Positions 56,834 to 64,000 of a stretch of DNA of 64,000 bases are shown here, piece after piece. Origin of the DNA: Patescibacteria group bacterium (GTDB taxonomy: Bacteria > Patescibacteriota > Patescibacteriia > JAXHNJ01); the NCBI GenBank assembly GCA_041649715.1, contig JBAZMP010000001.1, forward strand, positions 436,638 to 500,637. Reading direction: 5' to 3'. The notes under the pieces were generated by a model. The model made no database searches. It had not been told where the DNA came from and saw nothing but the letters and a program-made list of their open reading frames with translations. Position numbers and translations under genes: made by a program. The stretch's first letter is position 1; each line of letters opens with the position of its first letter.

Positions 56834-58441
56834 ATGAATCTATTTTTCTTTAAACCTAAAAAAACCCTTTTATATCTTCTGTATATCCTCGCATTTTTCC
56901 TTCTTTCTTTTCTTGGCTTTCTGTATCCGATCTTGAATTATTCGATATTTTGGCTGATTGTCATTGCGGTCATGATTTTGGCGATAAGAAACATATCAGA
57001 CGGACTTTTCATTGTTTTTTTGGAATTGATCGTCGGCAATAAAGGATATCTTTTTTCTTTTCCGGTCGCCGGATTTGTCATTTCTCTAAGACTGGCTTTA
57101 TTTATAGTGGTTATAATTTCTTATTTAATCAGTATTATATTCAGTAAAAAAGATAAAATATCTTTTTTGCAATCGAATTTGAGGTTCGCTTTTCTTATTT
57201 TAGTTTTGGTTTTAGGCATCGGCCTTGTCAACGGTTTGCTAAATAATTCCCCTAAAGTTGTTTTTTATGATATTAATGCCTATTTTTTTCTCGCTTTGAT
57301 CTTCCCAATTTTTCACGTGTTCAAAAACAGAGAAAATTTTTTCAAATTTATAAAGATATTTTCTTTAGGCGCACTAGCCTTAAGTTTCTTTACGCTCATT
57401 ATTTTTTTTGATTTTGGGATCTTCCACTATAATCCGGCCATGATTACGGCCACTCAAGTTGAAGCGAAACAGCTCGAACAATTGAATGAATTGTCAAATT
57501 TGCCGGAAAATGCCCGTTTAGCCCAAACCACTCAAATCGCCGAAAATAAGCTAAAGATAAATTGGTCTGAGGTGGCGAAAAATAAAACCCAAGTTTACCG
57601 CTGGTTAAAAGATACGGGAAATGCCGAGGTCACCTATCTTGGAAACCGTTTTTTTAGAGTATTCATGATTAGCCATTTTTATTTAATGCTATATTTGATT
57701 TTCATTGTTTCGTATTTTTTTTATAAACCAAAAACAGCCGGTAAGACTAATTTTCGTCAAATTTTGTTGAGTATTTTACTTATCATTGTTTCGTTCATAT
57801 CATTTTCCCGCAGTCTCTGGCTCGGATTTGTTCTGTCTGCTTGCACCCTGATTATTGGTTTGCCGCGAAAAAAGATTTTTAAATTTTTGATTTGCTTACT
57901 TATTATCATTTTGTTAATCTTTACTGTTTGCTATTTTGCCCTGCCCAGCCTATTACAATTAATTTATTCGCGGATAAGCAGTCTTGTTCATCCTACGACC
58001 GAGCTGGCGGCGACCAACCGTTTAAGTTTGTTAACGCCGATTTGGCAGTCAATCAAAAATCATCCTTTTTTCGGTTCAGGCTTTGGCACTCTTATTACTT
58101 TTAGATCGTTGATTCCCGGGACTGATTTGGTCGAATACATAAAAGTTTATGTTTACGAATGGGGTTATTTGGATATTATCGTAAAAATCGGCGTTTTGGG
58201 CCTATTGGCTCTGTGCTATTTCATATTTATGATATTTAAGAATAGCTTATTTTTTATAAAACAAAATAGCGATGATGATTATTTTTTAATCAGGGCCTTT
58301 ATCGCCGGTTTGTTTTATCTTGTTATTGTCCATTTTACGACTCCTTATATTAATCATCCTTTGGGGCTGGGCTTTATGTTGTTGACTGCCGCTTTTTTTG
58401 CCGATAATCAAAAAAAATTAAAAACATATGGGCCAGTCTAA
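56834..58441 (+). CDS. O-antigen ligase/polymerase family membrane protein
   Basis: Many TM helices, SFSRSLWLG, R...W..IKNHPFFGSGFG, YLDIIVKIGVLG. Confidence 0.82.
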   Translation: MNLFFFKPKKTLLYLLYILAFFLLSFLGFLYPILNYSIFWLIVIAVMILAIRNISDGLFIVFLELIVGNKGYLFSFPVAGFVISLRLALFIVVIISYLISIIFSKKDKISFLQSNLRFAFLILVLVLGIGLVNGLLNNSPKVVFYDINAYFFLALIFPIFHVFKNRENFFKFIKIFSLGALALSFFTLIIFFDFGIFHYNPAMITATQVEAKQLEQLNELSNLPENARLAQTTQIAENKLKINWSEVAKNKTQVYRWLKDTGNAEVTYLGNRFFRVFMISHFYLMLYLIFIVSYFFYKPKTAGKTNFRQILLSILLIIVSFISFSRSLWLGFVLSACTLIIGLPRKKIFKFLICLLIIILLIFTVCYFALPSLLQLIYSRISSLVHPTTELAATNRLSLLTPIWQSIKNHPFFGSGFGTLITFRSLIPGTDLVEYIKVYVYEWGYLDIIVKIGVLGLLALCYFIFMIFKNSLFFIKQNSDDDYFLIRAFIAGLFYLVIVHFTTPYINHPLGLGFMLLTAAFFADNQKKLKTYGPV

Positions 58442-59444
58442 AGTCACCATAAATATTGTTACCTGGAATAGTCTTACTTATCTGCCTTTTTGTTTGTCTT
58501 CTATTTATAAGCAAACCTTTACCGATTTTTCCGTTTTAATTATAGACAACGCTTCAGGCGATGGAACAATGGATTTTATCCGGAGTAATTATCCGCAGGT
58601 CAAAACCCTAAGAAATACCCAGAATCTCGGTTTTTCCAAGGCTCATAATCAGGGAATAAAACTGACCAAAAGCCCCTACATTTTAGTGATGAATCCTGAC
58701 ATTATCCTTTCTCATGATTTTTTGGAGAAAATAATAAAGGCGGCGGAATCACAAATCAATTATCAATCCTTTAGCGGAAAAACCCTAAAATTTCATTTTC
58801 AGCCGGATGATTTGAGGGAAATCATATTTACTGATAAAATTGACAGTATTGGTATTCAGCCCCACAAAAACCGATCTTTTACCAACTTAGGCGAAAACGA
58901 GACCGACCAAGGACAATATGAGCAAAAAAGAGAGATTTTCGGTTCGGCTGGCCATCTCGTATTGTTCAAAAGAGCGGCCTTGCAACTGTCCGAACTTAAG
59001 GGTGAATATTATGACGAAGATTTTTTTGTCTATAAAGAAGACGTCGATTTGGCCTGGCGTCTACAGCTTAACGGTCTGAGATCTTTGTATGTTCCTGAAG
59101 CCGTTGCCTACCATCATCGGAAGGCGGATAAACCAAGAGAAAAGAACCTGAAAACAATCCGCCAAAGTAGAAAAGCGAAATCAAGACTGGTAAACTTCTA
59201 CTCCTATCGCAACCATTTGTTTGTGGGCGTTAAAAATGAATTCGCCAGCCATTTTCTGCATTATCTCCCACTTATAGCCTGGTATGAAGTCAAAAAATTA
59301 TTTTACTTATTGTTTTTTGAAACATCCTCGCTGAAATCATATATTTCATTCTTTCAGCTTTTACCCAAGATGTATCAAAAAAGGAAATTTATTTTAAAAA
59401 ACAAAAAAAATATGAAAAAACTCATTAAACATTGGTTTGTATGA
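58428..59444 (+). CDS. Glycosyltransferase family 2
   Basis: IVTWNS, IDNASGD, GFSKAHNQG, MNPD, YKEDVDLAWR. Confidence 0.92.
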   Translation: MGQSKVTINIVTWNSLTYLPFCLSSIYKQTFTDFSVLIIDNASGDGTMDFIRSNYPQVKTLRNTQNLGFSKAHNQGIKLTKSPYILVMNPDIILSHDFLEKIIKAAESQINYQSFSGKTLKFHFQPDDLREIIFTDKIDSIGIQPHKNRSFTNLGENETDQGQYEQKREIFGSAGHLVLFKRAALQLSELKGEYYDEDFFVYKEDVDLAWRLQLNGLRSLYVPEAVAYHHRKADKPREKNLKTIRQSRKAKSRLVNFYSYRNHLFVGVKNEFASHFLHYLPLIAWYEVKKLFYLLFFETSSLKSYISFFQLLPKMYQKRKFILKNKKNMKKLIKHWFV

Positions 59445-60259
59445 TGGATCTCTCAATAATAATTGTGAATTATAAAAGCAAGGGTTTGCTCAAGCAGTGC
59501 GTCAAGGGAGTAAAATTATTGCCTTTAAAATTGTCGTATGAAATAATTGTCGTTGACAATAACTCGCAAGACTCAAGCGTAAATATGATGAAAGAATTTT
59601 TCCCCGCGGTAAAGCTCATCGCCAGCCCGGTAAACGGGGGATTCGCCGCCGGAATAAATCTCGGCTTGCGGCAAGCGAAGGGGAAATATATCATGATCTT
59701 GAACCCGGATATAGCCGTTTTTGAAGGCTCAATTGAAAAAATGTATGAATATCTTGAGAAACATCTTGAGGTGGCCGTTTTGGGTCCCCGGCTGACTAGT
59801 CCTGATGGCACGCGCCAAGTTTCTTGCTACCGGTTTCCCAAATACTTGACTCCGATTTACCGGCGGACACCGCTGGGCAAGTTGCCCTGGGCCAAAAAAT
59901 CTCTCAGGCATTATTTAATGCTTGATACCGACACGGCCAAAATAATGTCCGTGGATTGGATTTTGGGCGCCTGCATGTTTGTTCGCGCCGAAGCGATCAA
60001 AAAGGTCGGTTTAATGGATGAAAGATTCTTCTTGTATTTTGAGGACGTCGACTGGTGTCGAAGATTTTGGCAGTCTGGCTACAGAGTGGTGTATTTTTAT
60101 GAGAGTGAAATGGTGCATTATCATCAGCGTCTATCCGCCGAGAATCCGGGGATAAAAGGTATTTTTAGCGCAGCGACGCGCATACATATAAGCAGTTGGA
60201 TAAAATACCTTGCCAAATATTTGGGAGTAAAAGATAATTTCAGTAATCAGCGTCAATAA
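59441..60259 (+). CDS. Glycosyltransferase family 2 (WbbL-like)
   Basis: LSIIIVNY, VDNNSQD, GFAAGIN, LNPD, YFEDVDWCRR. Confidence 0.92.
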   Translation: MMDLSIIIVNYKSKGLLKQCVKGVKLLPLKLSYEIIVVDNNSQDSSVNMMKEFFPAVKLIASPVNGGFAAGINLGLRQAKGKYIMILNPDIAVFEGSIEKMYEYLEKHLEVAVLGPRLTSPDGTRQVSCYRFPKYLTPIYRRTPLGKLPWAKKSLRHYLMLDTDTAKIMSVDWILGACMFVRAEAIKKVGLMDERFFLYFEDVDWCRRFWQSGYRVVYFYESEMVHYHQRLSAENPGIKGIFSAATRIHISSWIKYLAKYLGVKDNFSNQRQ

Positions 60260-60316
60260 GACAAAAGGGTGTTCATAATCTATCCCTTTATTTTGGGGTA
60301 AATATGGTCAGATAAA

Positions 60317-62260
60317 ATGTCTATTGGAAAAAAAAGTAAACAGATGAAAAACGCCACGAATTTTTTAAGGAGTATTAAAATTAAAAAGGTTAATAGAAAC
60401 AGAAGAAGAAATATATTTATTTTTTCCGCAATTATTGCCTTTATTATTGTTCTTTTGGCCATCCCGTTGTTAATTTACTGGCCAACGGCCAAAAATCTTT
60501 ATCGTGGATCACTGGCCATTAAAAGCAATTTAAAGGCAATTGAAAGTAATATCTACAAAGAAGATTTAAGCCAGGCTCTAGACTTAATTGAAGAAACGGA
60601 TAATCTAATCATTCAGGCTAAAGCCGATTTGAAAAAACTTGGATTCTTGAAATATATTCCGATCGCTTCATCACAATATTTAGCTATGGAAAAAGTTTTT
60701 TCTGCCGGTCAAAATTTAACTACGGCCGGCCAAGACATCCTGGCCTATATCGTAGAGATCGTCGAACCTTTTAAAAAGGGGTCAAAAATAAGCTTGGGAG
60801 CTTTAAGTTCTGACCAAAAAGGTCGTATTTTGGGAAAGGTTTACGATTCCCAGGATCTTTTATCTAGGGCTAAAGGAAAAGTATTGATTGCGGCAGACGA
60901 AATGTCCAAAGTTTCAGAGACCGGTCTGATTAGTCAATTATCGGAAGCGGTCTCGACCATAAAAAAATATCTTCCAATTTTGATAAATGGTTTGGAACAA
61001 GGGCAAAAACTGGCCGCTCTGGTTCCGCCCCTGGTCGGTTACCCCGAACAAATTAATTATCTTTTTCTTTTGGAAAATAACGCGGAATTAAGGCCGTCCG
61101 GCGGTTTTATCGGCACCTACGGGGTTTTAAGCGTGAAGAACGGCGAGATTATAAGTTTCACCACGGATAATGTTTATAACCTCGATGAAGATTTTGCGCA
61201 ATGTATTACTCCGCCCTTGCCTTTGACCACTTATAACAAGACTAATTGCTGGTACCTTCGGGACGCTAATTGGTCGCCTGATTTTCCCACCTCCGCCCGT
61301 CAATCACTCTGGTTTTATGAAAAAGAAGGGGGAACCGAAAGAAATCTCCACGGCGTCGTGGCGATCACTCCGACATTTATCGAATCACTCATCGGTTTAA
61401 CCGGCGCGATCACGGTTGACGGCATCTCTTTTACCCAAAGCAACTTTGTGGATAACTTGCAGTACCAGGTGGAAAAAGGTTTCTACCAGAAAGGATTGGA
61501 AATGAGCCAGAGAAAGGAGATTATCGGCGATTTATCAAAAATATTGCTCGATAGGGTGTTAGCCATCCCGCAGGAAAAATGGCCTGATTTATGGAAGATT
61601 ATCGACGAGAACACGAGAAATAAGCAAATATTGTTGTATTTAAACGATGAAAAACTAGAGAATATGGTCTTAGAAAAAAATTGGGCGGGCAGCGTCGTTT
61701 CTTCAGAAAGCGACTATTTTACTTTTATCGATGCTAACTTGGCCAGCTTAAAAACAGATTTGTCGGTAAAAAGAACCATTAACTATTACGTAAAAAACGA
61801 AAATAACAAACTAACGGTCAATTTACAGGTCGTCTATAAGCATGAGGGAAATTTTGATTGGAAGACGACCCGTTACCGGACATATTTCCGTCTCTACGTG
61901 CCCAAGGGTAGCCAGTTGGTTGATATCATCGGTACCAATGAAGAAAAAACGGCCGGAGAAGACTTGGGAAAAACATATTTTGGCTCTTTTTTAAGCGTGG
62001 AACCCCAAGAAACACAGAAATTAACTTTTATTTATACGTTGCCTGATAGTATTTATGATCAGCTAAAAAACAAGGAGTATGCCTTATTAGTCCAAAAACA
62101 AGCCGGTACGGCGAATTATGATTTTAACGCTTACTTTGATCTTGGTCGTAAGGTAAGGGAGTTTAAACCCATTGACAAAGTGAAGAAAGAAAGTAATAAT
62201 AACTTAAGTTTAAAAACCTCTTTAAGCGAGGATTTTAGCCTAAGAATCGTTTTTAAATAG
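60317..62260 (+). CDS. DUF4012 domain membrane-anchored protein
   Basis: Single TM, helical region, LLENNAELRPSGGFIG, RDANWSPDFPTSA, QKQAG. Confidence 0.85.
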   Translation: MSIGKKSKQMKNATNFLRSIKIKKVNRNRRRNIFIFSAIIAFIIVLLAIPLLIYWPTAKNLYRGSLAIKSNLKAIESNIYKEDLSQALDLIEETDNLIIQAKADLKKLGFLKYIPIASSQYLAMEKVFSAGQNLTTAGQDILAYIVEIVEPFKKGSKISLGALSSDQKGRILGKVYDSQDLLSRAKGKVLIAADEMSKVSETGLISQLSEAVSTIKKYLPILINGLEQGQKLAALVPPLVGYPEQINYLFLLENNAELRPSGGFIGTYGVLSVKNGEIISFTTDNVYNLDEDFAQCITPPLPLTTYNKTNCWYLRDANWSPDFPTSARQSLWFYEKEGGTERNLHGVVAITPTFIESLIGLTGAITVDGISFTQSNFVDNLQYQVEKGFYQKGLEMSQRKEIIGDLSKILLDRVLAIPQEKWPDLWKIIDENTRNKQILLYLNDEKLENMVLEKNWAGSVVSSESDYFTFIDANLASLKTDLSVKRTINYYVKNENNKLTVNLQVVYKHEGNFDWKTTRYRTYFRLYVPKGSQLVDIIGTNEEKTAGEDLGKTYFGSFLSVEPQETQKLTFIYTLPDSIYDQLKNKEYALLVQKQAGTANYDFNAYFDLGRKVREFKPIDKVKKESNNNLSLKTSLSEDFSLRIVFK

Positions 62261-62270
62261 TCATTCCCAC

Positions 62271-63278
62271 ATGTTTATAAAAAGAGTCGGCATTGATCTT
62301 GGCACAACTTCCACCCTGGTTCATTTACCGGGGCGGGGGATTGTTATTAACGAACCATCGGTGGTGGCTATTTCTTTAGTCGATAAAAAGGTTTTAGCCG
62401 TCGGCTTAGAGGCCAAGGAGATGATCGGTCGGACGCCCGACACCATTGTTGCCTCTCGACCTTTGCGCGAGGGGGTGATTGCTGATTATCGTACGACCGA
62501 AGCGATGATCAGGTATTTTATTAATAAGGCCCTGGGCGGAGTAAGGATTTTTCGGCCCGAGGTGATGATTGCGGTGCCGGCCGGCATTACCTCCACGGAA
62601 AGAAGGGCAGTCATTGATGCGACTTTGTCGGCAGGGGCCAAAGCGGCCTATATAATCAAAGAGCCGGTCGCCGCGGCGATTGGCGCCAACATACCGATAG
62701 GTTCCGCTTCTGGTCATATGATCGTTGATATGGGCGGCGGCACCTCTGAGATCGCGGTAATCTCTTTGGGCGGTATAGTCGCGAATAATTCAGTCAGAGT
62801 GGGCGGAACAAAATTCGACCTGGCGATTACCGAATATATCCGGAGGAAATATGGTTTGGCGATCGGTGAACGAACAGCGGAAGACATAAAAATAAAAATA
62901 GGTTCCGCACTTCCCTTGGAAGAAAAATTAGTGATGGATATCAAGGGACGTGATATGGTCTTAGGTCTGCCCAGGACTATATCCATCGTTTCTGATGATA
63001 TTACTGAGGCAATTCAAGATGAATTGTCGAATATAATACAGGCGATTAAATTTGTCCTTCAGAACACGCCACCCGAGCTTTCCGCCGACGTAATTGATAA
63101 AGGAATGGTGCTTTCCGGCGGCTCGGCCCTCCTGCGGAATATCGATAAATTGATCGCCCAGGCGACGGGAGTGAACGCCTACGTAGCCGATGAACCCATT
63201 CTATGCGTCGCCAGAGGGACGGGCGTGGCTTTAGATAATCTTGAATCGTACAAGAGAAGTATTTTATCCGCAAGATAA
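62271..63278 (+). CDS. mreB: Rod shape-determining protein MreB
   Basis: GIDLGT, NEPSVVA, RPLREGVIAD, EPVAAAIGA, DMGGGTSE, LSGGSALL. Confidence 0.97.
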   Translation: MFIKRVGIDLGTTSTLVHLPGRGIVINEPSVVAISLVDKKVLAVGLEAKEMIGRTPDTIVASRPLREGVIADYRTTEAMIRYFINKALGGVRIFRPEVMIAVPAGITSTERRAVIDATLSAGAKAAYIIKEPVAAAIGANIPIGSASGHMIVDMGGGTSEIAVISLGGIVANNSVRVGGTKFDLAITEYIRRKYGLAIGERTAEDIKIKIGSALPLEEKLVMDIKGRDMVLGLPRTISIVSDDITEAIQDELSNIIQAIKFVLQNTPPELSADVIDKGMVLSGGSALLRNIDKLIAQATGVNAYVADEPILCVARGTGVALDNLESYKRSILSAR

Positions 63279-64000
63279 TGATTATTGGTATTGATGCCTC
63301 ACGCGCTAATCAGGATATAAAGACGGGCACGGAATGGTACTCGTATCATTTGATTATTCATTTATCACGTCTTGACCGAGCTAATCAATATGTTTTATAC
63401 AGCAAGGATACGCTTAAGGGTGATTTGAAAAATTTAGGACCCAATTTTAAAAGCCGAGTGCTGAACTGGCCGCCAAAATTCTTGTGGAGTCAATTAAGAC
63501 TTTCTGTGGAAATGTTATTCCATCCGCCGGAGGTGCTTTTCGTGCCGGCTCACACCATACCGTTGATCCATCCCCCAAAAACTATCACTACCTGTCATGA
63601 CGTCGGATTTGAGCGTTACCCCGAATTGTATGAAACCAAAAGTATCGGCGGGCGTAAATTTATTTCATTAATTTTGGGGATATTGACCAGAGTTGTCACT
63701 TTCGGCAAGTATGGGAACAACGAACTTGATTATCATCGTTTTAGCATCCGACAGGCTTTAAAACATACTTATCGGATTATCACTCCTTCGCATTTTACCC
63801 GCCAGGAAATAATAAATTTATATAAAACCGATAAAAATCGAATAACTGTCGTATACAACGGTTTTAATCAGAGCAATTTGGGGAAAGTGAGCGACGAATC
63901 TCTAATCGGACGGGCATTAGAGAAGTATAATATAAATAAGCCATACATTTTTTTTCTGGGCCGTCTAGAAAGGAAAAAAAATATAAAAGGCGCCTTTGCG
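63278..64000 (+). CDS. Glycosyltransferase family 4 (partial, runs off the window)
   Basis: Read by hand: MIIGIDASRANQDIKTGTEWYSYHLI...FVPAHTIP...TCHDVGF...FLGRLERKKN. Confidence 0.88.
   Translation, partial: MIIGIDASRANQDIKTGTEWYSYHLIIHLSRLDRANQYVLYSKDTLKGDLKNLGPNFKSRVLNWPPKFLWSQLRLSVEMLFHPPEVLFVPAHTIPLIHPPKTITTCHDVGFERYPELYETKSIGGRKFISLILGILTRVVTFGKYGNNELDYHRFSIRQALKHTYRIITPSHFTRQEIINLYKTDKNRITVVYNGFNQSNLGKVSDESLIGRALEKYNINKPYIFFLGRLERKKNIKGAFA

Noticed and set aside
581-63273. Numerous 60-175 aa ORFs antisense to or overlapping well-supported genes
   Set aside because: Shadow ORFs with no motifs or independent expression signals
1-64000. CRISPR arrays, tRNA/rRNA genes, transposases, integrases or prophage genes
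   Set aside because: None recognised on either strand by eye

Overview
This is a chromosomal segment of a Patescibacteria (CPR, Parcubacteria/ABY1-like) bacterium using the standard code. The lineage is inferred from the gene repertoire, not from a database search. The housekeeping content runs as follows: a type IV pilus cluster, a mraY-murD-ftsW-murG-murC-murB cell-wall cluster, secA, secDF, cysS, mnmA, alaS, ispH, the infA-rpmJ-rpsM-rpsK-rpsD-rpoA-rplQ-rplM-rpsI operon, a surface-glycan cluster and mreB. The most unusual part is 41.44-42.55 kb, which has no credible long ORF but holds three promoter-terminator units: a ~200-nt multi-stem RNA ending in ACCA, a ~560-nt RNA with a 5'/3' closing helix and several crossing long-range pairings, and a 15-codon Cys-rich ORF. 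Other notable items are a compact 6S-like RNA (27.79-27.92 kb), an arginine decarboxylase paired with a PurD-like ATP-grasp ligase, an RpoA whose alpha-CTD is replaced by an AT-hook-like tail, four single-gene units sharing a boxA-like leader motif, a pseudoknot leader on the infA/alpha operon, a heliorhodopsin and a REP/MITE-like element. All RNA structures were paired by eye; nothing was computed or searched.
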